NCBI RefSeq assembly: GCF_032444005.1
Contig: NC_091285.1
Location: forward strand, 7,936,001 to 8,000,000
DNA length: 64,000 bases
Source: Ranitomeya imitator
Lineage: Eukaryota
Reading direction: 5' to 3'
Part shown: piece by piece, positions 34,296 to 47,900 of the stretch
Layout of the letters: the number at the start of each line of letters is the position of its first letter
How positions within the stretch are numbered: the first letter of the stretch is position 1
The notes under the pieces: generated by a model
What the model was told of the DNA's origin: nothing
What the model saw: the letters and a program-made list of their open reading frames with translations, nothing else
Databases searched by the model: none
Made by a program: the position numbers and the translations under genes

Positions 34296-34636
34296 TTCTG
34301 GATGCTGGGCGCAGTGTCAGGGTGGGGGATGGGTGTGATCTGATGATCACTGTACAGCGCTATACACGGGGACAGCGCAGTGACATCAGCTGCTGCAGTT
34401 CTCGCGGGTAACAGATGATGTGACCCTATTTGTGTTACAGCAGCGGCAAATGAGTGTGAACGGAGGAAAGAAGCATCTGGAGGAGGCGGGGTCTGCAGGG
34501 GGCGGGATTACTGGGCGGGAGGCGGAGCTGCCTCTTTTGTTAATGATTGGTCAAACACATCAAGCCCTTATTGGCCTTTTCTTTTCCATCAGAGAACCAG
34601 TGGGGTGCAGGGGGCGTGTCCACCGGAGACCAATGA

Positions 34637-35116
<480 letters not shown>

Positions 35117-35143
35117 ATCTGCCGGCACAGACCACAACACAAA

Positions 35144-35185
35144 GGCTCTTTTCAGAGCCACCAAATCCTCCCACAGACGAGCTGA
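35144..35185 (+). terminator. H3 (unit 2) stem-loop plus HDE-like element
   Basis: GGCTCTTTTCAGAGCC at 35144-35159. Confidence 0.92.
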
Positions 35186-35958
35186 GTCCTGAACGGTCCG
35201 TCATCTGCGCGTATTCCCTGTATACGGAGCGCAGTGATCCGTTATAGGCGGCGACTGCCGTGTCCGATATTTTAGGTGACGAGCGACATACAGTGATCGC
35301 TGCGCACATTCTCTGTTCTCACCCATCGGTGATTGATTGTTTTTTTTCCCCCCCATTGTTTCGCGGTAATTTACTGATCCGTTGGTGGATTTGAATTTCC
35401 CGCTCAGTCGCTTCTCGCGCTCCGGATGATCAGAACCGATCACAATCTGCTGGGTCCTAGTGCCGCCCGCTGTATTGCGGCTTTAAGTTCTGATCGGTGA
35501 TCTCTGCGTTTATAATCTTATTTCCCCCCAGATCGGTGCTGGCCTCTTCCTCCCCTTTCTACTAAGTATTATTATGTCTTGAGTGAATCTATTGTGCCTG
35601 ACACTGATCGGAGCAGATCCCTCCCTGTGCCCTGCTATGGGTCGCTACAGGTCACATTTGTGGTGGGAGGATCGTTATGTAATTATCGTATATTTGAGTT
35701 TTCCATCTTCTCCGGGGCTGGAGCCGCCCGGGCACTGGTTGCCTGCAGCTCCCTGCGTTGTAGTGACCTGTAATGGCCGCCGAGCACTGAGTGCAGTGAC
35801 TGCCGGGGATCAGATGAGTCTTGTGCTGATTTAATTCTACTCTCTAACATTTGACAGAAGCTGGAAAATCGCAACAGAAACAACAATGAAGGGAAAACCC
35901 CAAGTTACTAACATCGAGATGAGAAGAATAGAGAAGCGGGGAAATAACAGCACAATAA

Positions 35959-36453
<495 letters not shown>

Positions 36454-36483
36454 TTGTGTTCTCCTCTGTCCTCACCCCCAAAA

Positions 36484-36499
36484 GGCTCTTATCAGAGCC
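36484..36499 (+). terminator. H4 (unit 2) stem-loop
   Basis: GGCTCTTATCAGAGCC. The downstream element differs from unit 1 (ACATGAAAGGCTCC). Confidence 0.9.
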
Positions 36500-37502
36500 G
36501 CCCACATCTTACATGAAAGGCTCCAATACCTGCTGTGCTGTGTGACCGCCACTGCAGGCTTCATACATTGGGGGATTCGTTCAGTCTCTGGTTTCTGGAC
36601 TTATTTGCTGCTATTCTCATAGAGAACAGGAATCTCCCCGCAGCGTAGGGGGAAATATCCGCACATAGACATCTCTGCACAGTCAGACCCTATTATGCTG
36701 CTGATACTACAGTCCTGGTGTGAAGTAAAGGAGATTCTGATCTTTACATTTTCCTGCTCAGATCCGTGTGTGTTGTAGGAAGGCTGCGAACAGTGGAAGG
36801 GAATGTGGTTGGATTGATGGATGGACTCTGTGTGTAGACTCGGAGATGAGCGCGTCCTGGGCACTAACCTCTGGGGTGGATGGCGGCCTCTAAAGATATA
36901 ACAGATCCCATATACAAGTCTACAGAACAGGTCGGTCTCCGTGTTTCTGGGCACGTGTCCGCTTTTGTAATTTATATATTGGTGAATGAGGAGCCTCCTG
37001 CTGCGGAAACATCACCTGCAGATCATTGCGGAAGATGCGACACTGCGCGGACAGTGACCCCCACATCCATCATCAGAGCCAGGGGAACAGGACCTTTGTG
37101 TGACGCAGGATATCAGGGTGAGATCAGTGGCCCAACATCATTTATTCAATGCGCCAAAATTGACTGCCCACCTTGATGCTATTTTATTTGTTCTTGTTAA
37201 ACCTATAAAAAACAGAAAATTTGCCGAATAAGAAAACAACTTCAGACCCGTGACCGAGGCCATGACCCTCAGTGAGGCGACTAATATGATAACCGGCTTC
37301 CCCACTAATGCTGGTGAGAGCTCGGTGCCTCCTCCCCGGAGAAAGTTCCCGCCATCCCCGGTGTGAGCCGCACATCCTGTGGGAATAGTAACCGCTGTGA
37401 GATCACCTGTCTGGTGACCGCAGTACAGATCTGTATACCCGGATCTATATACCGCGGGGGCACAGGTGTGAGCGGACACTGATGGAGACCATCGGCCGAT
37501 AT

Positions 37503-37541
37503 CAGCTCTTATGAGAAGATGTGGTGGCTCTGAGAAGAGCC
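37503..37541 (-). terminator. H2A (inverted copy) stem-loop (37526-37541) plus HDE AAGAGCTG (37503-37510)
   Basis: The minus strand reads CCCAAAGGCTCTTCTCAGAGCCACCACATCTTCTCATAAGAGCTG. Confidence 0.92.
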
Positions 37542-37577
37542 TTTGGGTGCGTGGACAGAGGAGATTGGCGGCAGCGC

Positions 37578-37985
<408 letters not shown>

Positions 37986-38030
37986 CTAAAGCCAGAAAAT
38001 CGTGTGGAGAAGAGACTGCGCTGTGTCTCC

Positions 38031-38302
38031 TTATATAGTCCGCTGCTCCGCCCTCCTCTCCTGTGGTTGGACGGATCTGAAGCTGCCGATGGAGAAGAGT
38101 CTTGAGGAACAGCCAATGAGCTGCAGAGGGCGGAGCTTATTACCGCTTCATTGCTCAAATGAGTTTCTCACCCAATAGAAAACGTTTGTTTTGAACAGAC
38201 TAGATTAGGGGTGAAAACAGATATTTGTCTTGGAGCAGAAGGAAATGCAGAAATATTCTGTTGATTTGTAGTTTGCACTTGTGTCTTCTATCAGCCATAA
38301 AT
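38031..38302 (-). promoter_or_regulatory. Promoter and upstream region of the inverted H2A (TATA about 38031-38038, CCAAT about 38113 and 38172; third CCAAT changed to CCGAT)
   Basis: Reverse complement of about 15675-15953. Confidence 0.75.
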
Positions 38303-39636
38303 TGTGTTACCAAATTACAAGGATGGAAGCAGCGGAGCAACGTGAAGTCGTTAGAACATCGCTGGACAGAATCTTCGCTCCCAGGAATTCGGTGAGGAGG
38401 GGCCGGCCCCGATCACCTGCAGGATCTTCTACTGGACGCCGTCTGGTCCTCACTACTACCCCCATTATCCGTTACTTTCATTATTATATAATATTGTTTG
38501 CTGTAAATATTCGAATCGGTCACACTGTTTTGTGGTTGAATCCGATGAGCCCCAACAAAATCAAGCGATTGCTCGATCACCAAAGAGCAGAGGTTAATTG
38601 CTATAATTATAGCCTGCGACCTGGCCCATCTGTCCGGCCATTGATGGGTTTCACCGACTCTCTTTTTTCTCAGGCAGTAAATCTGTGTTTGCACTTTGTG
38701 AAAGTGGCGTGTTGGTGTCATCTGGAGGCGATCTGCGCGGCAGAACTGAACGTGCTTCACCTTGGATGCTGCACTTTTGCAGCAAGTACAGATGAAGCCC
38801 CCATAAATCCTGTGCTGACTCTATTTCCCACTAATCTGCAACACTTTTGGGTAACACGAGTGCAGTTTTATCGTGCATAACTTGATGGAATAGAACACTG
38901 CCTTCCCCGTGTCCACAATGAAAAAAATCAACCCTAAAAGAACAACAAAGGCAAACAATGTACGTCATGTACTGCAATAGTGGTCGGTAGTGCGGAGATC
39001 GGATCACAGGGAGAGACTGAGGGAAACGTCACCGGGAAATAATCTGCCATTATGAGTGGAACCCTGGAGCAGCGGCACTAGGACCCAGAGCTGAGAGGAC
39101 AGGAGTCCAAAGCTAAAGAAAGCGCTGCTCCAGTGGTCGAGGAGCCGCACAGAAGCTCCCACAGCTGTGATGGGGACAGATAGAAATGGGGAAGTCGCTT
39201 TAGCCAGATATGATACAAAGCCGGAGAACAAACAACCTCCGCCGGCAAAGGAATGAGCCGCTAATGTTCTGCTGCGGGATGTGACCATCAATCAGACCGA
39301 GCACAGGAGATCTGCGGTCACCACAGAGCAGATTCAGGGCTGAAGTGACTGATCCGGCTTCATGTTACTGAGATCACACAGGGGGGATAAGTGCAGTGTA
39401 TACAGGGGACAAAGCTCCTGGGGGATCCGGCTCCTCCCGACACATCTCACTGAATTCACAGCCTTCCACGCCGCAGGGTTTACGGTCCTGGCACCGCTGA
39501 CGAGCCGCTTCCTGGATCTATGGGGAAATCGCCATTATCTGCCCCAATCACTGCACGAAGTCCTCCTCCCATCAGGGCTCATTTCCCGCCATCTGCAGAT
39601 TATTCTGAGGCTGAGTTCTGCGAGCGACACTCAATC

Positions 39637-40085
39637 TGCACTGACAGTGTGGCGGGTGAGGGGTTAATCCCGGTCAGCGCTTCTCCTCCCTCCATCCGCA
39701 CAGGCGGAGGCTCCGCACTCACCGCTTATTATCCGGTGCTGATTCCCTGCGGTGTCCGCGCTGATCCTATGTTCTGCCCGGAGCCTGATGTGACGCTGCC
39801 GGTCCCGGGTGGGGAAGTCGCCGCTTCTGTACAGCGAGTGTGTAGTGGGGGGTCAGCACACACGGACACTGAGGAGTTAATGGAGGCGGATAATCCTGTA
39901 TCTGGGATTGGTCGGCGCCTGCGGATCTCTCTCGCTCATTGGCTGATTACAGATCCGTTGGTGGTTTTGAATTTCCCGCTCAATCTCTGTTCTTTGTCCG
40001 TCGGATATTACCGGCCCCTCTGCTGGATAATACCGGGTCCTCCCAGCTGTCTGCCCCCAAACACGGCGATCGGCCGCCATTATTA
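39637..40085 (-). repeat. Inverted copy of the unit-1 spacer segment 15226-15674 (contains the composite module)
   Basis: High reverse-complement identity read by eye. Confidence 0.88.
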
Positions 40086-40540
40086 TTCTGGGGAGATTGT
40101 AACAGGATTAGATGCAGCAGAGTCTTTTCTATAGGATTCTGTGGGAGACACTTTCCTCTTTGCGGGATGGACTGATACATCCAGCGCTCCCCGATCTGCT
40201 CTAATGAATGAATCCATGAAGGGGTGAAAGGAGATGTGACTAGAGCAGAATCCTGGAGATCCCAGCAGGCCTGACCCCAAACACGTACAATGCCCTAAGT
40301 GCCGGGAGCAGAAGGACGATCTCCCTCGGGAATTCTAGCTCTCCAGTGCAGGATGATGCGCAGATCGGCGGATGTAGGATTGTAGGGGGTCAGTGAATCG
40401 GTGTCCACAGTCGGGTGGGAGCTGTGAGGTCTGAAGATCTACAGAAATAGCAGCGGAGAGGAGTGCGGGGCGGCGTCTGAGTGATTGATGGCCGAGATCC
40501 CACGTAGAATCGATGGCTGAATATTCTCATAGTGAGCTGC

Positions 40541-41597
40541 ATACTAAAACCCTATGTGGCAAATTTACCTGTGCCTATGGTAGATATTTTAGTCGTATTC
40601 ATCTCTGCCTATTTTAGATTTTTTTTTACCGTTTCATTTTCTTAATTTAGTTTTCCTTTCCACTTCACTCCATTTGAAGCAGAGTAACCAATTTATTTAC
40701 ATATGTATTTATTTGACATAAAGTTGCAATACATGAATGTAGGGGTCAAATTTTTTGGAAACTGAATAACGGTTTTGAGCTCCGTTTTTTTTATTGGAAT
40801 ATGTTCATGTTAGTACAACAACGTTATCTTCCAAGTTTCATTAAGATCTTTTTAGGGATTCAGTCGTTATGCGCCATTTTCTGCCATACCTATGCCTACA
40901 GTGTTATCATGGTTACTCTGCATTCTGTGGTTGCTGGGTACTGGATGTGTGAGAGGAAGGTTTATAAACTATCTCAAGGTAGACAATATTAGGCGGATAG
41001 GTTCTCATTGCGTCAGGGCAATCCGTTTAGCGCTAAGCGCTAGTGGATTGCGCTAACGCAATGTCTTTTTAGGGGTCGCGTTAAATGTCCCCGCTAGCTG
41101 CAAGCAGCGTCCGAGGCGCGCCACAAAAGAACGGCACATCGCTAGGCGTGCCGAAAATGGCTAATTTCGCGTTAATTTCGCCGTGCAACGCTGTCTGTGC
41201 GCTCACCCGAAAACGAAATGAGAACCTTAATATTATCTCACTCAAAACATCCCCCTCCCTCTCTCAGTTCAGGTACACAGAGAAGGGAGTTGTAAGGCTA
41301 TGTGCACACGTTCCGTATCTTTCGCGGTTTTTTTTCTATAAAAATGCGATGAAAACGTGAAAAAAACGCTTACATATGGTTCCCAATCATTTCAATGTAA
41401 TCCGCAAAACTTGTGCAAATGTTGTGATTTTTTTCCGCGAAAAAAAACAAATCGCGGGAAAAAAAGCAACATGTTCATTAATTCTGCGGAATCGCTGATT
41501 TCCCGCACACTGTAAAAAATCTACCATAGGTATAGACAAATATGACTAAAAAAATCTACCATAGGTATAGACAAATGACACATAGGGTTTTAGTATT
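40541..41597. mobile_element. Putative non-autonomous DNA transposon or MITE composite bounded by ~55-bp imperfect inverted repeats, AT-rich interior
   Basis: ATACTAAAACCCTATGTG...CCTATGGTAGAT at 40541 versus ATCTACCATAGG...CACATAGGGTTTTAGTAT ending at 41597. A 35-bp tandem duplication lies at 41521/41556. No clean TSD. Confidence 0.55.
40999..41227. mobile_element. Nested small MITE (Harbinger/T2-like) with 15-bp TIRs
   Basis: AGGTTCTCATTGCGT ... ACGAAATGAGAACCT (14/15 match) followed by TAA. A further MITE-like half starting TAAGGCTATGTGCACACG lies at about 41293. Confidence 0.55.
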
Positions 41598-41921
41598 TTC
41601 CTCATAGTGACGATGCTGCAGTATTTTTTTTTTTCGTCCATGTTATATTTATTGATCAGTTGGTTTTTCCCAAAGTTCTATTCATAAGACTGGAGCTTGA
41701 GCCGGCAGCGACCTCCTGTGCTCGGTGAGATCACATCCCGCTCCCTCCCCGCAGCCGGTATTACAGGGAACAGCTACTGCGCTACTAACCCGGGACCCAG
41801 ACACCTGTGTGCGAGAAAGGCGCCGATCACCGAGAAAGCCGGACGCCACATACCGCGCACGATCCGCGGATTCTCTCTGCCACAGCCGAAGAGCACAGAA
41901 CAGAATCCTGCGGAGAAGCAG

Positions 41922-44900
41922 CTTATAGTGAGGGTGCGGGGGGCTCCTATAGTGAGGGTGTGGGGGGCTCTTATAGTGAGGCTGTAGGGGGCTCTCATAG
42001 TGAGGGTGCGGGGGGCTCTTATAGTGAGGGTGTGGGGGGCTCTTATAGTGAGGGGGTAGGGGGCTCTTATAGTGAGGCTGTAGGGGGCTCTCATAGTGAG
42101 GGTGCGGGGGGCTCTTATAGTGAGGGTGTGGGGGGCTCTTATAGTGAGGGTGGCTCTTATAGTGAGGGGGTAGGGGGCTCTTATAGTGAGGCTGTAGGGG
42201 GCTCTCATAGTGAGGGTGCGGGGGGCTCTTATAGTGAGGGTGTGGGGGGCTCTTATAGTGAGGGCGGCTCTTATAGTGAGGGTGCGGGGGGCTCTTATAG
42301 TGAGGGTGCGGGGGGCTCTTATAGTGAGGGTGCGGGGGGCTCTTATAATGAGGGTGCGGGGGGCTCTTATAGTGAGGGTGTGGGGGGCTCTTATAGTGAG
42401 GGTGCGGGTGGCTCTTATAGTGAGGGTGTGGGGGGCTCTAATAGTGAGGGTGGTTCTTATAGTGAGGGTGTGGGGGGCTCTTATAGTGAGGGTGCGGGCG
42501 GCTCTTATAGTGAGGCTGTGGCCGCTCTTATAGTGAGGGTGCGGGTGGCTCTTATAGTGAGGGTGTGGGCGGCTCTTATAGTGAGGGTGTGGGCGGCTCT
42601 TATAGTGAGGGTGCGGGGGGCTCTTACAGTGAGGGTGCGGGGGGCTCTTATAGTGAGGGTGTGGGTGGCTCTTATAGTGAGGGTGTGGGTGGCTCTTATA
42701 GTGAGGGTGCGGGGGGCTCTTACAGTGAGGGTGCGGGGGGCTCTTATAGTGAGGGTGTGGGGGGCTCTTATAGTGAGGGTGCGGGGGGCTCTTATAGTGA
42801 GGGTGCGGGTGGCTCTTATAGTGAGGGTGTGGGCGGCTCTTATAGTGAGGGTGCGGGCGGCTCTTATAGTGAGGGTGCGGGGGGCTCTTACAGTGAGGGT
42901 GCGGGGGGCTCTTATAGTGAGGGTGTGGGTGGCTCTTATAGTGAGGGTGTGGGTGGCTCTTATAGTGAGGGTGCGGGGGGCTCTTACAGTGAGGGTGCGG
43001 GGGGCTCTTATAGTGAGGGTGTGGGGGGCTCTTATAGTGAGGGTGCGGGGGCTCTTATAGTGAGGCTGCGGGCGGCTCTTATAGTGAGGGTGCGGGCGGC
43101 TCTTATAGTGAGGGTGCGGGGGGCTCTTATAGTGAGGGTGCGGGGGGCTCTTATAGTGAGGGTGCGGGCGGCTCTTATAGTGAGGGTGCGGGGGGCTCTT
43201 ATAGTGAGGGTGTGGGGGGCTCTTATAGTGAGGCTGCGGGCGGCTCTTATAGTGAGGGTGCGGCGGCTCTTATAGTGAGGGGGTGGGGGGCTCTTATAGT
43301 GAGGCTGCGGGCGGCTCTTATAGTGAGGGTGCGGGGGGCTCTTATAGTGAGGGGGTGGGGGGATCTTATAGTGAGGGTGCGGGTGGCTCTTATAGTGAGG
43401 GTGCGGGGGCTCTTATAGTGAGGGGGTGGGGGGCTCTTATAGTGAGGCTGCGGGCTGCTCTTATAGTGAGGCTGCGGGCGGCTCTTACAATGAAGGTGCG
43501 GGGGGCTCTTATAGTGAGGGTGTGGGGGGCTCTTATAGTGTGGGGGGCTCTTATAGTGAGGCTGCGGGCGGCTCTTATAATGAGGGTGCGGGGGGCTCTT
43601 ATAGTGAGGGTGCGGGGGGCTCTTATAGTGAGGGTGCGGGCGGCTCTTATAGTGAGTGTGTGGGGGGCTCTTATAGTGAGGGTGCGGGCGGCTCTTATAG
43701 TGAGGGTGCGGGGGGGCTCTTATAGTGAGGGTGTGGGCGGCTCTTATAGTGAGTGTGCGGGGGGGCTCTTATAGTGAGGGTGCGGGGCGGCTCTTATAGT
43801 GAGGCTGTAGGGGGCTCTCATAGTGAGGGTGCGGGGGGCTCTTATAGTGAGGGGGTAGGGGGCTCTTATAGTGAGGCTGTAGGGGGCTCTCATAGTGAGG
43901 GTGCGGGGGGCTCTTATAGTGAGGGGGTAGGGGGCTCTTATAGTGAGGCTGTGGGGGGCTCTTATAGTGAGGCTGTAGGGGGCTCTCATAGTGAGGGTGT
44001 GGGGGGCTCTTATAGTGAGGGTGTGGGGGGCTCTTATAGTGAGGGTGCGGGCGGCTCTTATAGTGAGGCTGCGGGAGGCTCTTATAGTGAGGCTGCGGGA
44101 GGCTCTTATAGTGAGTGTGTGGGTGGCTCTTATAGTGAGGGTGCGGGGGGCTCTTATAGTGAGTGTGTGGGTGGCTCTTATAGTGAGGGTGTGGGGGGCT
44201 CTTATAGTGAGGGTGTGGGGGGCTCTTATAGTGAGGGTGCGGGCGGCTCTTATAGTGAGGCTGCGGGAGGCTCTTATAGTGAGGCTGCGGGAGGCTCTTA
44301 TAGTGAGTGTGTGGGTGGCTCTTATAGTGAGGGTGTGGGGGGCTCTTATAGTGAGTGTGTGGGTGGCTCTTATAGTGAGGGTGCGGGGGGCTCTTATAGT
44401 GAGGGTGGCTCTTATAGTGAGGGTGCGGGGGGCTCTTATAGTGAGGGTGCGGGGGGCTCTTACAGTGAGGGTGCGGGGGGCTCTTATAGTGAGGGTGTGG
44501 GTGGCTCTTATAGTGAGGGTGTGGGTGGCTCTTATAGTGAGGGTGCGGGGGGCTCTTATAGTGAGGGTGGCTCTTATAGTGAGGGTGCGGGGGGCTCTTA
44601 TAGTGAGGGTGCGGGGGGCTCTTATAGTGAGGGTGGCTCTTATAGTGAGGCTGCGGGAGGCTCTTATAGTGAGGGTGGCTCTTATAGTGAGGGTGCGGGG
44701 GGCTCTTATAGTGAGGGTGGCTCTTATAGTGAGGGTGCGGGGGGCTCTTATAGTGAGGGTGTGGGGGGCTCTTACAGTGAGGGTGCGGGGGGCTCTTATA
44801 GTGAGGGTGTGGGTGGCTCTTATAGTGAGGGTGTGGGTGGCTCTTATAGTGAGGGTGCGGGGGGCTCTTACAGTGAGGGTGCGGGGGGCTCTTATAGTGA

Positions 44901-47900
44901 GGGTGCGGGCGGCTCTTATAGTGAGGGTGCGGGCGGCTCTTATAGTGAGTGTGTGGGGGGCTCTTATAGTGAGGGTGCGGGCGGCTCTTATAGTGAGGGT
45001 GCGGGGGGCTCTTATAGTGAGGGTGCGGGCGGCTCTTATAGTGAGGGTGCGGGGGGCTCTTATAGTGAGGGTGTGGGGGGCTCTTATAGTGAGGCTGCGG
45101 GCGGCTCTTATAGTGAGGGTGCGGGCGGCTCTTATAGTGAGGCTGCGGGTGGCTCTTATAGTGAGGGTGCGGGGGGCTCTTATAGTGAGGGGGTGGGGGG
45201 CTCTTATAGTGAGGCTGCGGGCTGCTCTTATAGTGAGGGTGCGGGGGGCTCTTATAGTGAGGGTGTGGGCTGCTCTTATAGTGAGGCTGCGGGCGGCTCT
45301 TATAGTGAGGGTGTGGGGGGCTCTTATAGTGTGGGGGGCTCTTATAGTGAGGGTGCGGGGGCTCTTATAGTGAGGCTGCGGGCGGCTCTTATAATGAGGG
45401 TGCGGGGGGCTCTTATAGTGAGGGTGCGGGCGGCTCTTATAGTGAGGGTGCGGGCGGCTCTTATAGTGAGGGTGCGGGGGGCTCTTATAGTGAGGGTGCA
45501 GGGGCTCTTATAGTGAGGCTGTAGGGGGCTCTCATAGTGAGGGTGCGGGGGGGCTCTTATAGTGAGGGGGTAGGGGGCTCTTATAGTGAGGCTGTAGGGG
45601 GCTCTCATAGTGAGGGTGCGGGGGGCTCTTATAGTGAGGCTGTGGGGGGGCTCTTATAGTGAGGGGGTAGGGGGCTCTTATAGTGAGTGTGCGGGGCGGC
45701 TCTTATAGTGAGGGTGCGGGGCGGCTCTTATAGTGAGGGTGTAGGGGGCTCTCATAGTGAGGGTGCGGGGGGCTCTTATAGTGAGGGGGTAGGGGGCTCT
45801 TATAGTGAGGCTGTGGGGGGCTCTTATAGTGAGGCTGTAGGGGGCTCTCATAGTGAGGGTGTGGGGGGCTCTTATAGTGAGGGTGGGGGGGGCTCTTATA
45901 GTGAGGGTGCGGGTGGCTCTTATAGTGAGGGGGTAGGGGGCTCTTATAGTGAGGGGGCTCTCATAGTGAGGGTGTAGGGGGCTCTTATAGTGAGGGTGTG
46001 GGCGGCTCTTATAGTGAGGCTGTAGGGGGCTCTTATAGTGAGGCTGTGGGCGGCTCTTATAGTGAGGGTGTGGGGGGCTCTTATAGTGAGGGTGCGGGGG
46101 GCTCTTATAGTGAGGGTGTGGGGGGCTCTTATAGTGAGGGTGCGGGTGGCTCTTATAGTGAGGGTGCGGGTGGCTCTTATAGTGAGGGTGCGGGTGGCTC
46201 TTATAGTGAGGGGGTAGGGGGCTCTTATAGTGAGGGGGCTCTCATAGTGAGGGTGTAGGGGGCTCTTATAGTGAGGGTGTGGGCGGCTCTTATAGTGAGG
46301 CTGTAGGGGGCTCTTATAGTGAGGCTGTAGGGGGCTCTTATAGTGAGGCTGTGGGCGGCTCTTATAGTGAGGGTGCGGGGGGCTCTTATAGTGAGGGTGC
46401 GGGGGGCTCTTATAGTGAGGGTGTGGGGGGCTCTTATAGTGAGGGTGCGGGTGGCTCTTATAGTGAGGGTGCGGGTGGCTCTTATAGTGAGGGGGTAGGG
46501 GGCTCTTATAGTGAGGGGGCTCTCATAGTGAGGGTGTAGGGGGCTCTTATAGTGAGGGTGTGGGCGGCTCTTATAGTGAGGCTGTAGGGGGCTCTTATAG
46601 TGAGGCTGTGGGCGGCTCTTATAGTGAGGGTGTGGGCGGCTCTTATAGTGAGGGTGCGGGGGGCTCTTATAGTGAGGGTGCGGGGGGCTCTTATAGTGAG
46701 GGTGTGGGGGGCTCTTATAGTGAGGGTGCGGGTGGCTCTTATAGTGAGGGTGTGGGGGGCTCTTATAGTGAGGCTGCGGGCTGCTCTTATAGTGAGGCTG
46801 CGGGCGGCTCTTATAGTGAGGGTGTGGGGGGCTCTTATAGTGTGGGGGGCTCTTATAGTGAGGGTGCGGGGGCTCTTATAGTGAGGCTGCGGGCGGCTCT
46901 TATAATGAGGGTGCGGGGGGCTCTTATAGTGAGGGTGCGGGCGGCTCTTATAGTGAGGGTGCGGGCGGCTCTTATAGTGAGGGTGCGGGGGGCTCTTATA
47001 GTGAGGGTGCGGGCGGCTCTTATAGTGAGGGTGCGGGCGGCTCTTATAGTGAGGGTGCGGGCGGCTCTTATAGTGAGGGTGCGGGGGGCTCTTATAGTGA
47101 GGGTGTGGGCGGCTCTTATAGTGAGGGTGTGGGGGGCTCTTATAGTGTGGGGGGCTCTTATAGTGAGGGTGCGGGGGCTCTTATAGTGAGGCTGCGGGCG
47201 GCTCTTATAATGAGGGTGCGGGGGGCTCTTATAGTGAGGGTGCGGGCGGCTCTTATAGTGAGGGTGCGGGCGGCTCTTATAGTGAGGGTGCGGGGGGCTC
47301 TTATAGTGAGGGTGTGGGCGGCTCTTATAGTGAGGGTGCGGGGGCTCTTATAGTGAGGCTGTAGGGGGCTCTCATAGTGAGGGTGCGGGGGGGCTCTTAT
47401 AGTGAGGGTGCGGGGCGGCTCTTATAGTGAGGGTGCGGGGCGGCTCTTATAGTGAGGGTGTAGGGGGCTCTCATAGTGAGGGTGCGGGGGGGCTCTTATA
47501 GTGAGGCTGTAGGGGGCTCTCATAGTGAGGGTGCGGGGGGCTCTTATAGTGAGGGGGTAGTGGGCTCTTATAGTGAGGCTGTGGGGGTTCTTATAGTGAG
47601 GCTGTAGGGGGCTCTCATAGTGAGGGTGTGGGGGGCTCTTATAGTGAGGGTGCGGGGGGGGCTCTTATAGTGAGGGTGCGGGTGGCTCTTATAGTGAGGG
47701 GGTAGGGGGCTCTTATAGTGAGGGTGTGGGCGGCTCTTATAGTGAGGCTGTAGGGGGCTCTTATAGTGAGTGTGTGGGTGGCTCTTATAGTGAGGGTGCG
47801 GGGGGCTCTTATAGTGAGGGTGGCTCTTATAGTGAGGGTGCGGGGGGCTCTTATAGTGAGGGTGCGGGGGGCTCTTACAGTGAGGGTGCGGGGGGCTCTT

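Noticed and set aside
26544-34350. Giant ORFs (2526-2580 aa; mucin-like S/T-rich, Gly-rich, EVVALIIQ) across the H1 array
   Set aside because: They are translations of a 33-bp unit. Indels occur in CCA/CCT triplet runs (30/33/36-bp units), which preserves frame without selection. There is no promoter or start context, and they lie beyond the mRNA cleavage site.
40526-41611. CTCATAGTGA on both sides of the inverted-repeat element as a target-site duplication
   Set aside because: It is not directly adjacent to the inverted repeats (4-5 nt offsets with different sequence), so it is not accepted as a TSD.
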